Assembly (NCBI GenBank): GCA_964016885.1
Contig: OZ024743.1
Span: 294,686,001-294,750,000, forward strand
DNA: 64,000 nucleotides
Source: Eledone cirrhosa
Lineage: Eukaryota
Reading direction: 5' to 3'
This document shows, in pieces, positions 38,162-52,300 of this stretch (its first letter is position 1; every line of letters begins with the position of its first letter). A program made the position numbers and the translations under genes. Under the pieces are notes generated by a model. That model saw only the letters and a list, made by a program, of their open reading frames with translations. It did no database searches and was not told the DNA's origin.

Positions 38162-41100
38162 TTACAGACACATACTCAGAGTAGGCCCATTCACTCGGGC
38201 CATTCTTGCCTCTCTCACCCATCTTTCAACAAAATCCTGGGAAGAGAGCACTTCCCTTTCTACCCTGATTTTCCTTTTCAAATGAAATTTGAAAAAGTTA
38301 ATCAGGGCATCACCGAAGAGGTAAGTGCTCGTCTTCAGCCCTTTCAAACGTGTCCACCATACTATCTCTTTCGCCATGGCCACCAGACAGATAAAAACAG
38401 CCTGCCCTTCCCGGCTAAAGGAAGAGGGCAGGGCAAACTTCACGATGGACTCAGCTGATAGCTGGATCCGTCCTACACGTGACAGCAGGTGTTCGACATA
38501 GACCCACAACTCAGCAATGCTCGGAAACTGGACGAGTACGTGCAGGACGGTTTCGTCGCCCTGCACGCATCTCGGACATCGCCGGCTGACGGCACCTCCA
38601 TGCCTGTAGAGTTTATCCCGAACTGGCGAAGCTCCCCGCTAGCACTGCCAGGCCAGGGATTTCTGGAAGTTGTCCATAGGCCCCGGCCCGAAAGTCCTTC
38701 CGAAGAGATTGGCTAGTTTATTTTCGTCGACGCCTAGAGCTTCTCCAAGTACGTCGTCGCTCTTCCCCTCCACTAATCCTCTATAGAACGCCAAGGTGGA
38801 GTTTCCACCGATCACATTGCCAGATTGGTCGAGGGCTGTGAGGGCCTAAAGACATTCCAGTCTCCAAGCGCTCCCTCTCGGTCTTCGCTTGACCCAGGAC
38901 TGCAGCTCCGTCAAGGAAACGAGCTGGGGAAAAAGTGTCTAGCAAACGACGACCACACCTGATCACCGTCGAGGAAGAGGTGGAGATGTCGTAGCCTGAG
39001 CGCGTGTCTGCGCATCATCAGCCACGGCATGCCCAGCCCTCCACGTAGCGGGTGTTGACAGCAGATGGACCGCCTGACCATCGGAGCGCGTCCCTTCCAC
39101 AAAAAGCGAAAGAGTAAACGCTCCAGCGCAGTCAGGCGGGGCTTAGGACAAGGTACAACGGTCAGGCGGTAGTAGATGACGGACGCGATGTACGCGTTAG
39201 CCACCTCCGCTCGACCTTTCAGGGATAGCTTCCTCTCCGCCCATTTCTGGGTGAGAGAAGCCACCCTGCTCGTCACCTCGTCCCAGTTTTTGTCTGTCTG
39301 GAGGTCCGGACCGAACCAGACCCCTAGCAATTTAACCGGTCCGTCCGTCCAGCGCCCGACAACGCTGTTAGACGGCATGGACCTGCCTCTCCAGGTGCCG
39401 AGTTGCAGGCCCACTGACTTTTGCTGGTTGATCATTGCTCCTGTCACCGCTTCGTATTCTCTTAGTGTAGTGCCGATCGCCTCGATGTGTTTGGCGTTCG
39501 ACACCACTACGGTGAAATCGTCCGCATATGCTGACACGGATCTTCCGCATCCTAGTTTGCGCGGGAACCCCATCAACGTCTCCAGTTTGTGCAGTAATGG
39601 CTCGAGAGTCAATACGTACAAGAGGGACGAGATGGGACATCCTTGGCGGACCGAGCGCATGATGTTGAACGGTTCCGAAAGGTGACCGTTCACTCTCACC
39701 ACAGAGCAGATGTCGCTGTGCATGGCAGCGATCCAGCCTCTGAAGACGGGCCCAAAGCCAGCCGCCCTCAGGGCTGCCGCTAGGTAACGATGGTCGACCC
39801 TATCGAAGGCTTTCGACTGATCTAAATTTATCAAAGACCCACTCGTGCCAGGTTCCCTAACTACCCTCTCTACGATGTATCGCATGAGGTGGAGGTTGTC
39901 GTGGATGGATCTGTCGGGAATGGCGCACGTCAGCGCTTCTCCCACCAGACCACCAACGACAAGCGCCAACCTCTTTGCTAGTACCTTGGCCAAAATCTTG
40001 AACTCTGTGTTTAGCAGAGTTATGGACCTAAAATTATCTATGTTATCCCCCTTATTCGGATCCTTTCTCAGCAGCGCCACCACTCCTCGGCTCACAGAGC
40101 TGGGAATTCTCCCGTTCTGTTGCCAGTTGCAGTAGACGTCCGCTAAGAGGCCTCCAAACAAGTCCGGCATTTGTACGTAAAGTTCATAGGGCAGGCCATC
40201 CAAACCAGGCGATTTACCCCTTGTGCATCCAGTCATTGCCTCCCGTACTTCAGCTGCTGTTATCGGCTTTTCGCAACACTCCGCCTCAGTGGCCGAGAGC
40301 CGCGGCAGTCCGTCGAGGTAGACACTAAAGTCGATCCCTCGATCAGGCCCGCCACTGCCCCCGAACAGTTGAGCGAAGTGTCGCTGAAAAGCTTCACACA
40401 TTTACCCGGGATCGAGTAGTATGCGCCCGTCGTGGTCCACCAAAGACCGGATCGTGGCTTTGTTGCCACGACGCGCCTCCGCCACTCGGGCCCATTGAAC
40501 GGCTTTCGTCCCCTCGTGTCTGAGAGCACGCACCCTGGCTCTGACAACGCAGCCTTCGTGATTTGCATTGAAGAATTGGTCAAGGGCCAATTTCGCCGCA
40601 AGTACGTCGGTCGCGATGCCTTTGCAAAGCTCCTCGTCTAATTTTCTAACTAATTCTCCCTCTGCTCTATTTTTCTCTATTGCTAAAGCCTTACTAAACC
40701 TAATGGACTCTATTCTATTGCTCTTTTCAGAGCAAACCACCACTTGTTGTTGACGATGGCACCCGTCAACGCCCGCTTAACTAGTTCGCTAATCCGGTCT
40801 CTGTAGGCCTTGCGCCCTGGTAAGGACGCGTTTAGCTTCCAGTAGCCGGGTCCTCGTCTATGAAGCCTATCTAAGTCAAACACACAAATCACCAATTTGT
40901 GGTCCGTGTAGCTGACTATCTTGAATTGTGGACAGCCTATGCTAGACCTATCTATTTCCCTACAAAATACTCTATCTAGATATGATCTGGATGAGCCTAT
41001 GCGATTTGTCCAAGTCGACATTGGTACATTCGGGAAATCCAATCGGTACCTGTCAGACAGTTCAAAACGCCTGAGCAGGTTGGTGAGACTCTTGCACCCT

Positions 41101-41579
41101 CCTTCCCTATCCACTAATCCCACACAATCCCAGCATGCATCTAAGATCCCGTTCCAGTCGCCCACTAACACTAAAGAGCGGGACGTTCCAAGAAAGGTCT
41201 CCAGACGCCGGAAGAAATCAGGCCGCCCTGCTCCTGTCGGGGCATAGACGGCCACTAACCTGAAAGCTTGCCCGTCTCCGCTGGTCACGTCCAGCACCAC
41301 CAACTTACCTTCTGGGTCCAGTAAGATGGCCCGTATGGCAAGATCCAAACCTCTCCGAAAAAGCACAGCAACTCTTCCCCCCGATCCCGGACGGCTGGGA
41401 GATGCGTACACATCGTAGCCGCCGAAGATCGGTGCGAAGGCCCGTGCTTCGGAGATTCTGGTCTCGCTGATGACCACTACATCTATGTTTAGTGACCTGA
41501 GGTCGTTGAGCAGGTGGCCCTGCTTCCATGTCGACCCCAATCGACGCGCATTTATGCTGCCTATTCTGAGTGAGGTCAT
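38162..41579 (-). pseudogene. Element 1 ORF2: APE endonuclease, RT and C-terminal zinc finger (frameshifted)
   Basis: IGSINAR, ISET, AVYAP, GDWN, SYLDR, TDHK, GYWKLN; GKSPGLDG, LDQSKAFDRV, RQGCPIS, YADD, KLLGVWF. Confidence 0.93.
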
Positions 41580-41618
41580 GTTGAAAAGGAGTGGAAAAGA
41601 TGGGAAAGACCACTTACC

Positions 41619-43360
41619 TTACTTCTCGTAGAGGAAGGACGGTTTTTCCAACCTTTTCACTGCTTGTGGCCTCCTCAGGAAGGATGTGCTAGTGTCATGT
41701 ACGTTTTCTGTGTGATGCGAGTGATTTGTATGTGTGGAGGTGGTGTGAATTTGGGGGTTGTTGTGTAGTCTTTTTCTGTGATGCTGGTGTTGTGTTGGAT
41801 GTATTGTAATAATTGGTTGTTGTTCAAATTTAATGCTGTGTAGTGTGTATCGTTTTGGTTGTTTTGTCTTGTTTACGTTTGTTGTGGGTTTCTTTCTGTT
41901 TCGCATTTTGGTGAATTTTGTGGTGTAGGTGATGATGGTGTTGGGGTTAATAATGGTGATGGTGTTGGTGTTTGGGGCGATGGGGTTGGTGATGCTGGTG
42001 TGGATGGTGGCATATCTGTCCTAACTTTTTTGTTTGTTAATTTATTTGTTTCCCTCTGTATTTTGTTTTTGGAGGGGGAAGGAAGAGAATTTTTTCTTTT
42101 TTGGTTTCTTTTTTTTTTCCTGATACCGTTTCCCACTCCTCGTCGTCACAATCTGTCTCCAGTTGTGATAGGCCGGGGAGTGGAAAATCCTCCACAGGCG
42201 TTAGTTTTGGTTGTGGCGTGGTGGATGGTGTAGGCGCTGGTGCTAGTTCTGAAGCGTTGGGTGGTGGTGGTGTTGGTTTTGCTGGTGTTGGTGGTTTAGC
42301 TACTGTTGCTGGTGTTGTTGCTGTTATAGTTGCTTCTGTTGTTGCTGCTACAGTTGTTGCTGTCATCTCTGCTACTGGTGGTGTTGATGTTTGTGTCACT
42401 GGGGTGGGTAGGAGAGGTGGCCTTAACCTTTTAGCCTGGGGGCAGAAAGCCCTTAGGTGGGTTCCTTCACCACAAACGACACACCTAGGCCTTCTGCCCT
42501 CGACAATTACGGTGAGGTGGCTGCCGTCAGTGAGGTCTATTACCTCTGGGATCTCCTCAATGCTTTTTTGGTCTGCTTGGATCAGGAGCTCCATCCCAGA
42601 TCCGGACCAGTTCTCCTGATTTTCTTTTGCTATTGCTATTATCTTTGTGTTGGCTTCGATGCCGGCGAGGACGGCCGCTATTAGCCAGGGAATTTCGATT
42701 GGCGGTGGAACGTGGGTCACCCTGATCTTTACGAGTCTCTGGCCACAATAGCTTGGGACGAGTGTGAAGTCGTCAATTCTTAATGGGGCCATGGTGTGTT
42801 CTCTAGCCTCCTCTGGTGTTTCAAAGAACACGTCCACGGTTCCATACTTCTGCCCACGTCTGATGTGGGTTTTTCTTGCCCACACATGTCCCAAAGCTTT
42901 TTGGATTTGGGACTCGGATGCCCGTTCCACTCGGCGCGATTTTACATTTATTGTTCGATACGACACGGTGCATAGGCGCCGATGCTCCATTTTATTAGGG
43001 GGGTAGGCCGACCCTGTACCCATCTTTCTTTACCATTTGTTTGGCATTTTCTAATTCTTCCTGAGTTACCGTAAATGCTTCGCACTGTTTTGCTACTCTG
43101 GCAAAACTCAGGGTGGTTTTTTAAATGTCATTGTTGTTGTTGTTGCTGCTATCGTTATTTTTGTCATTATTAAGTTTAGTTTCAGTTGTGGTGGTGGTGA
43201 CGTCAGTGAAGTTCGGTTTGGGAGAGTCCATTTTGGTTGAAAATATTTCGACATCACGAGTTGATTTATTTTTTCCTTTTGTTTCTGTTGTCGCGTTGGT
43301 GGTGGGGGTGGTGGTTGTCGTGGTGGTGGTGGTCGTGGCGGCTTTAACACCTGCAGTCAT
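41619..43360 (-). pseudogene. Element 1 ORF1: T/N-rich N-terminus, RRM-like region, CCHC knuckle, P/T-rich tail (broken)
   Basis: ORF 42037-43023 with RCVVCGEGTHLRAFCP; flanking fragments 43121-43360 and 41619-42136. Confidence 0.8.
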
Positions 43361-43725
43361 TGGTAATGGCGGGAAATGAATGTCTGCTAGTGCTTAAATT
43401 GTTTGTGTTGGCAAACGTAGTATCATTTACAATGGTGGTGTCGGTGTGAGGTGTTAATTTCTGAGAAAGGCTTTCAGCTGCTTGGTGCAGTGGTGAATTA
43501 GCCTTTTTTTTCAAAGAAATTTGTTGATAATCATAAAAGTTTAAATTTTGGGCACAAGGCCCCAATCTTTTTGGGTGTCCTTTTCGGAAAACAATGTATG
43601 TGCGCTTATATATAGTTAACAATAAAAATTTTCCATTAATGGCAATTTTTAACAAACGGAAATAACAAACCTTTGCGGAGCTCACGATGATACGATTTAC
43701 TACGTAGGTCGCCAATAATAATAAT

Positions 43726-43763
<38 letters not shown>

Positions 43764-43770
43764 TAATAAT

Positions 43771-46700
43771 GATTTTATTTATTGGCCACAAGGGCCGACA
43801 TATAGGGGAAAATACAAAAGACTGGGACAGTGGGGTTTTACAGAAAAATCGAGTAAACAATATGAATAACAATTACACAGTAACAATAACATTACAACAA
43901 GAAAAAATTCCCCAATAGGGTGGAAGACCACTCAGGCTTCGCTCAGGTACCCCACCAATCTTGAACGACCCGACGCTTCGAGAGCACCCTGGACGGGCTC
44001 CCCTCTCCTCCTCAAATATACCTAGCGACAGTCGCATGACTAGAGTAGGCCCACACATACGGGCCATTCTCGCCACATTCACCCACCTTTCAGCAAATGT
44101 ACTGGGGGGCAGCACTTCTCTGTCCACCCTCACCTTCCTTTTCAAGTGAAACTTGAAATAGTTGATGAGGGATTGGCCGAAGAGAAAAGTGTCTGTCTTC
44201 AGTTTTCAACCTCGTCCACCATACAACCGCTTTCGCTACTGCCACCAGACAGAGGAAAATTGCCTGCCCTTCCTGGTCAAAAGAAGGCAGCGGGTCGATC
44301 TTCCCTATGGAGTCGGCCGATAGCCGGATCCGTTGTACACACGACAACAGCTGTTCAACATAACTCCACTAGTCAGTAATGCACGAGCATTGGACGAGTG
44401 CGTGCAGAACGGTTTCGTCCCTCTGTGCGCATCTTGGGCAGGTCCGTCTGACAGCACTTCCGTGCCTGTAGAGTTTATCTCGAACCGGCAGTGCCTCCCG
44501 GTAGCACTGCCAAGCGAGGGATTTTTGGAAATTATCCATCGTCCCTGGCTCGAAAGTCCTCCGGAACAGACTGGTTAGTTCGATTTCGTCGATTCCCAGA
44601 GCCTCTCCGAGTGCTTCGTCTCACTTGCCCACCACTAATCCTCTATAGAACTCGAGAGTGGAAGTTCCACTGACCGCATTGCCCACCTGGCAGAGGGCAA
44701 TGAGTGCCTGGCAACATTGCAGATGACAGTCATCCAGACTCTGTCTCTTTTTGACCCAGGACTGCAGCTCAGTCAAAGAAACGAGCTGCGGAAAGGGCCG
44801 TCTGAAAAACGGCGACCACACCTGTTCACCGTTTAGGCAGAATATCTGGAGATGCCGCAGCCTCAACGCGTGTCTGCGAATGATTAGCCATGGCATGCCC
44901 AGCCCTCCACGTAGAGGGTGCTGGCAGCAGATGGACCGCCTAATCAGCGGAACTTGACCCCTCCTCAATAATTTGAAGAGGAGCCGCTCAAAGATGGCGA
45001 GGCGCCAACGGGGGCAAGGGACGGTAGTAGATGACGGACTCGATGTACGCGTTCGCCATCTCCGCCCGACTTTTCATTGATAGCTTCCTCCCAGTCCATT
45101 TCTGGATGAGACTGGCTACCCTGCCCGGCACCTCCTCCCAAGTCTTATCCACCTGGAGGTCTGGCCCGAACCAAATCCCGAGCAACTTTACCGGTTCGTC
45201 CGTCCAGCGCCTAACATCGCTGTTGGACGGCATGGACTAGCCGCTCCAGGTGCCGAGTTACAAGCCCACCGACTTTTCCGCGTTAAGTTTTGCTCCCGTC
45301 AACCTTTCATATTCCTCCAATAAGTTGCCGACCACCTCGATTTCTGAGATGTCCGGCACCATCACGGTGATGTCGTCCGCATAAGCCGACACAGCCTTTC
45401 CGAGTCCCTTTCGACTTGGATGCCCTGCAACAGCTCCAGCTTCCGCAGTAAGGGCTCGAGAGTCAATACATACAGAAGGGAGGAGAGAGTGCACTCTTGA
45501 CGGACCGATCGGGAGACCTGAAACTGTTCCGAGAGGTGGCCATTAATTTTGACCACCGAACAGGTGCCGCTGTGCATTGCAGCGATCCAACTTCTAAAGA
45601 CGGGGCCGAAGCCAGCCGCCTTGAGGACAGCCTCCAGGTACCGATGGTCGACCCTATCGAATGCCTTCGATTGATCTAAATTGATCAGAGCCCCACTGAA
45701 GCCAGGTTTACACTTGACCCTCTCTATGATGTATCGCATTAGGTGGAGGTTGTCGTGTATGGACCTGGTTGGGATTGCGCCTCCCCAACCAAATCTCCGA
45801 CGACAAGCGCCAACCGCTTCGCTAACACCCTGGCCAAAATCTTAAACTCTGTGTTGATCAGAATTATATGTCCCTCTTGTTCTCATCTTTCCTTATCAGC
45901 GTCACTACGCCCCGGCTCACAGAACTGGGAATACTCCCGTTTTGCTGCCAGTTGCAGTAGAGGGCATCGAAGAGATTGGAGAACAAATCTGGCATATTTA
46001 CGTAAAGCTCGTAGGGCAGAACATCCAAACCGGGTGACTTGCGCCTCATGAAGCCGACCAGGACATCCTGAATCTCGGCTGATGTAATTGGCCTTTCGCA
46101 GCGCCCAGCGTCATCCATCGAGAGTTGCGGCTAGCCATCGAGCTAGAGACTGAAGTCCGCCACCGTCTCTGACCCGCCACTTCCCCCGAACAACCGAGCA
46201 ACATGTTGGCGAAATTCCTCACACATCCTCTATGAATCGCTCAGCTCGTGTCCGTCTCGGTCCGTCATATACCGAATCAGGCATCGAACATTTAAATCCA
46301 CGTGGGCCCATCGAACAGCTTTGGTTCCTTCGTTTCTCAGAGCACGCGCCTTAGTTCTGACAATACAACCTTCGTGTTTCGGAAGAAATGGTCTAATGCC
46401 ATTCTCGCCGCTAGCACGTCAGTTGCAATGCCACTACCAATAGCCTCGTCTAACTTATCTACAAACTCCCCCTCCTTTCTATTTTTCTCTGACGCTACTT
46501 CTTTTCTAAACTCTATCGACATTACTCTAACCTCTCTTTTGAGAGCCCCCCACCATCTATTGTTAACGACTCCCCCTGTCAAATTTTCTTACCTAAATTG
46601 TTGACCTGGTCCCTGTAAGCCTTACGTGCCGGAAATGACATGTTTAGCTTCCAGAAACCAGGTCCTAACCTACGCGTCTTATCTAGGTTTACCATACAGA

Positions 46701-49376
46701 TCACAAACTTGTGATCTGAATAGACGACCGTTTTAAAACGTGGACAGCTTACACTATTTCTGTCTATTTTCCTAATGATCTAGATGACGCTATACGGTTA
46801 GTCCAGGTCCACACTGGCGCATTAGGGAATTCTAGTCGGTACCTGTCAGACAGTTGGAACTGGCTGATCAGGTGCTTGAGGCTTTTGCAGCCCCCGCTCC
46901 TATCGGATACTCCCACAGAGTACCAGCGTGCGTCTAAGAAGCCGTTCCATCCCCTGCTAACAGTAAAGGGCGAGACGTACCCAGAAAGGTTTCTAGGCGT
47001 CTAAAGAAGTCCGGCCGTCCTGCTCCAGTAGGGGCATAGACGGCCACCAGTCTAAAGGCACCACCTTCGTTTTTGTTCACGTCCAGGACCACCAATTTCC
47101 CGTCCGGATCCCGGAAGATCGACCTTACCTCGAGATCCAGGATTTTCCTAGAAAGCATTGCCACCCCGCCTCCCATTCCCGGCCGGCTAACAGATGCAAA
47201 GATCTGATAACCGTCGAAAATGGGGGTTAGTGCGCGCGTGTCGGAAATCCTGGTCTCGCTGACGGCAATTACATCCATTTCTAGAGACCTGAGGTCGTTG
47301 AGCATGTGACCCTGCTTCCAGGACGATCCCAGGCATCGAACATTTAAACTTCCTACTCTTAATACGGCCATGTTGGTAGGTTAAAAAGAGAGAGAGGAAA
47401 GGTTTACTTACCTTCCGGGCTCTTGTGAAGGTCGGGTGGTTCGACCTCCATAGTTGGTGGGGTTTCTTTTGGGAACCCCTTTAAAAGTCTTGAAGTGGGT
47501 TTTGCGTTCGGGATTCCCACGTCCCGAGGAAAGGTGTCTCGTATTTCTTTGAATATATCGAGCGACATTCGCAACAGAAGCAAATCTTCCGGCACGCGAA
47601 ATGTGCTCGATTTAAAAATTTCCCCCTCTTTTTGTATATTTTCACTTCGTGCTACGAGGGCCATCCGTTCCTTGTTGGCCCTCCTGACGAGCACGATGTT
47701 TTGTATGATTTGTTGGTGTGATTTTATTTGTTTGCGTGGCTGTGGTGGTGATGGTTTTGGTGGTGTTGTTCGGTTGTATCTGTGTTTGTTGTGAGTGCGG
47801 TGTCTGTGGTTTCAGATGTTTGTGTGTATATTTGTTCTTGCGTCTGTTTAGGTTGTTTGCGTTTGGGGGATTCTGGTGATGGTGATGGTGGTGTTGATGT
47901 TGGTGTTATTGGAGAGATGTTTGCGTGGGTGGTGTCTGCGTTTTTTATTGTGGGTGATTTTGTGCTTTGTTGAGTTTTTTTTTCTTTTCGTGTTTCCTTT
48001 TTTGTATTTTGGGGGATTTGGGATTTCCCTCATCTTCACTACTGGTAGATGAGGAATTTGTGTCTATAAGTGTGTCTGTGTGTGTGTTTATGTTTTTATT
48101 GGTGTGTGTATTTTGGGGGGGGAGGGGAATTTGACAACTTTCCTCGTTTCTCCGCTGGGTGGTCAATGTTGGTGGTGGTCTTTCTATTGGTGTTGTTGTT
48201 GGTGGTCTTGCCGGTGCTGGTCTTGTTTGTGGTCCTCGCCCCGGCGTCGGCAGTAGTGGAGCCATTTGACCCCTTGCATCTTTCAGCTGTTGCGGGCAGA
48301 AGGCTCGCAAATGGGTTTTTTCCCCACAAACAAAGCCATGCGGCCTTTTTCCCTCGGTCATAATATGTATGACCGTCCCATTCTGAAGGCGGATGTGGTC
48401 CGGGATTGTCTTCTCATTTTCGGGACTTATTGGAGAAGGATCTTCAGGTCAACTCCGGACCAGTTCTCTCTGGCCGTTCTGGTCACTTCTATTGGGACGG
48501 TATCCGTCCCCTACGCAATCACACATCCCAGAAGCCACCACATGTCAAGTCCTGGTGGGATTCTGGGAATGCGGACGCGGGCCGTTCTTTTTCCAATGTA
48601 GGAGGGGTACATTATGATATTGCTGGTTTTGCAAGGAGTCATAGCGTGTTTCATAGCGAGGGCTTCTGACTTGAACAGCACCGAAATGGTGCCGTACTGT
48701 CTGCCCCTCGCTATGTATTCGGTGTCCTCTCTGATGCACCTCAGCGCGACTTCGACATCTGCTTGTGGGATTAAAGTTGCTCTTTTGGTGTGTGTTGAGA
48801 TGCATCTATAATGCACCGTTATATAATTCCGCCGTTGTTGTCTTTGGTCCCCCCGTTGTTCTCGGTGCAGTTGGTATAGTTGCTGGTGGTGTTGTCGCTA
48901 TTTGTTTTCATGTTAGTGGTGTTGATATTGTTGTTGCATTTGTCATTTCCTTTTTGTTATCTGTATATTCGTTGTCGCTGTTACTGTTATTTTTTTTAAA
49001 TTAGAGTTCTCATTGGTTTCTTTGGTGACTTTGTTTACATTGTTTGTGGTAGTGTTTGTATTATCAATTCCTGCTAATTTCGCTGCAGCGCTCCTCTCAA
49101 ATTCTACGTCGTTGTCGCACGACAGCAGACATATCGCTGGGGGGCGTGGCTCAGCCATGTTTCTTTTTTTTGTTCCTTTTTTCTCAATAATTTTTTAAAA
49201 TTTAAAAAGTTCAAATATTTGGGCCAAAAGGCCCAAATATTATTCTTTCTCCGTCACAGAGGCAAAGTCCAAGGGCTTGTATACCTTACACAACAACAAA
49301 AAATTCAATAAATCAGTTTTGATAGGTAAATAAGTGAACTTACGGGAGCGAGCAAAAAGACGTCCGTTCACACTCA
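43771..49376 (-). mobile_element. Tx1/L1-clade element 2, near full-length, decayed
   Basis: ORF1 fragments 47404-49158 (FVCGEKTHLRAFCP); ORF2 from 47371 (VGSLNVR, AVYAP, LDQSKAFD, YADD); (AAT)n at 43714-43770 and 49376-49398. Confidence 0.92.
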
Positions 49377-49398
49377 ATAATAATAATAATAATAATGA

Positions 49399-52300
49399 TA
49401 TTTCATTTATTAGCCACAAGGGCCGACATCTAGGGGACAATACAAAGACAGGGGCCGTGGGGGTTTTCAATAAGGTCGAGTAAAAGTGTTAAGTGGCAAG
49501 ACCATTTCAACAATGAAGATATAAAAAATATAAAATAAACTATGCATAAATATAACAAAATAAATTCCCCTATAGGGGTGGACGACCCAGGGGTGATTCA
49601 GGTACCCCACCAATCCTGAACCACCCTGCGCTTCTATGGCGCCCAAGTTAGCTAGCTTATAGGCACATGGTCAGAGTAGGCCCATTCACTCGGGCCTTCT
49701 CGCCACATTCATAAACTTTTAGCAAATGTACAGGGGGCAGAACATCTATCTCCACCCTCATCTTCCTTTTCAAGTGAAAGTTGAAGAAGTTGATGAGGGA
49801 TTGGCCGAAGAGAAAAGTGTCTGTCTTCAGACATTTCAATCTGGTCCACCATATAACCTCTTTCGCAACGGCCACCAGACAGAGGAAAATTGCCTGCTCT
49901 TCCTGACCAAAGGAAAGTGGCGGGTCGATCTTCAATATGGACTCGGCCGACAGCCGGATCCGTTCCACATGTGACAGTAGCCGTTCGACATGACTCCACA
50001 AGTCAGTAATGCACGGACATTGGACAAGTGCGTGCAGAACGGTTTCGTCGCTCTGTGCGCATCTTGGGCAGGTCCGTCTGACAGCACTTCCGTGCCTGTA
50101 GAGTTTATCCCGAACCGGGAGTGCCCCCAGTAGCACTGCCAAGCGAGGGATTTCTGGAAATTGTCCATCGTCCCCGGCTCTAAAGTTCTCCGGTACAGAC
50201 TAGTCAGTTCCACTTCGTCGAGGCCCAAAGCTTCCCCGAGTGCGTCATCGCACTTGCCCACCACTAACCCTCTATAGAACTCGAGAGTGGAAGTTCCACT
50301 GATCGCATTGACCGCTTGGTAGAGGGCAGTGAGTGCTGGCAACATTCCAAGTGCCAGTCACCTAGTTTTGGTCTCTTCTTGACCCGGGGCTGCAGCTCAG
50401 TCAAAGAAACGAGTTGCGGAAAGACCCATCTGACAAACGGCGACAAGACCCTTTAGGATAGAATATCTGGAGATGTCCGTCCAGCGCCCAACGATGCTGT
50501 TGTATGGCATGGACTTGCCTCTCCAGGTGACGAGTTGCAAGCCCACCGACTTTTCCGGATTAAGTTTTGCTCCCGTCAACCGTTCATATTCCTCCAATAA
50601 GTTGCCGACCACCTCGATTTCTGAGATGTCCGGCACCATCACGGTGATGTCGTCCGCATAAGCCGACACAGCCTTTCCGAGTCCCTTTCGAGCTGGATGC
50701 CCTGCATCAGCTCCAGCTTCCGCAGTAAAGGCTCGAGAGTCACTATGTACAGAAGAGAAGAGAGAGGGCACCCTTGACGGACCGATCGAGAGAGCCGAAA
50801 TGAATCCGAGAGGTGGCAATTAACCTTGACCACCGAGTATGTGCCGCTGTGCATTGCAGCGATACAGCTTTTGAAGACGGGCTGAAGCCAGCCGCTTTGA
50901 GGACAGCCTCCAGATACACATGGTCGACCCTATCGAATGCTTTCGATTGATCTAAATTGATAAGTGCCCCACTGAAGACAAGTTTACACCCTACCCTCTC
51001 TATGATGTATCGCATGAGCTGGAGATTGTCGTGTATGGACCTGTCTGGGATTGCGCAAGTTTGCGCTTCCCCAACCAAATCCCCGACGACAAGTGCCAAT
51101 CTCTTTGCTAACACCTTGGCCAAATTCTTAAACTCTGTGTTGAGCAGAGATATGGGCCTGAAGTTGTCTAATGTATCCCTCTTGTTCTCATCTTTCTTAT
51201 AAGCGTCACTACTCCCCTGCTAACAGAAATGGGAATACTCCCATCCTGCTGCCAGTTACAGTAGAGCGCTTCGAGGAGATCGGAGAACAATTCTGGCATA
51301 TTTACGTATAGCTCATAGGGAACCATTCAAACCGGGTGACTTGTGCCTCATGCAGCAGACAAGGGCGTCCCGAATTTCGGCTGAAGTAATTGGCCTTTCG
51401 CAGCGCTCAGCGTTGACCGACGAGATGCGCGGCAAGCCGTCAATGTAGGGACTGAGATCCGCTACTCTCTCTGACCCATCACTCTCCCCGAGCAACCGAG
51501 CAAAGTACTGGCGAAAGGCCTCACTCATCCGCTTGGAATCGCTTATCTCCTGTCCGTCTCGGTCCGCCAAATATCGAATTGTGGTTTTATTACCACGCTG
51601 CGCCTCCGCTACGTGGGCCCTTCGAACAGCTTGGTTCCCTCGTTTCTCAGTGCACGCGCCTTAGCTCTGACAATGCAACCTTCGTGTTTCCCATTGAAGA
51701 AATGGTCTAATGCTATTCTCGCCGCTAGCACGTCAGTTGCAATGCCACTACAAATAGCCTCGTCTAACTTATCTACCAGCTCAGCTCCTCCTCCTTTCTA
51801 TTTTTCTCTGACGCTAGTTCTTTGGTGAACTCTATGGAAGTTACTCTAATCTTTCTTTTGAGAACCCCCCGCCATCTGTTGTTGATGATCCCCCTGTCAA
51901 CTTTTGCTTAACTAAATTGTTGACTCGGTCCCTGTAAGCCTTACCCGCCAATCTACGCGTTTTATCTAGATCGACCATACAGATCACAAATTTGTGATCT
52001 GAATAGGCGACCGTTTTAAAAAGTGGGCAGCCTACACGTTTCTATCTATTTTCCTAATAAAGATCCTGTCTATATACGATCTAGATGACCCCATGCGGTT
52101 GGTCCATGTCCAAACTGGCGCATTGTGGAAACCTGTCAGACAGTTGGAACTGGCTGATTAGGTGCTTGAGGCTTTTGCCCCCCCGCTCCTATCAGCTACT
52201 GCCACACAAACCCAGCTTGCTTCTAAGATGCCGTTCTAGTCCCCGCTATCAGTAAAGAGCGAGACGTACCCAGAAAGGTCTCCAGGCGCCTAAAGAAGTC

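Larger units (their letters stand above)
37918..43713 (-). mobile_element. Tx1/L1-clade non-LTR element 1, near full-length (~5.8 kb)
   Basis: 5' UTR, ORF1, APE-RT-Cys ORF2, 3' end ..ttaataaagaaaac(ATT)n; (AAT)n on both flanks. Confidence 0.93.
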
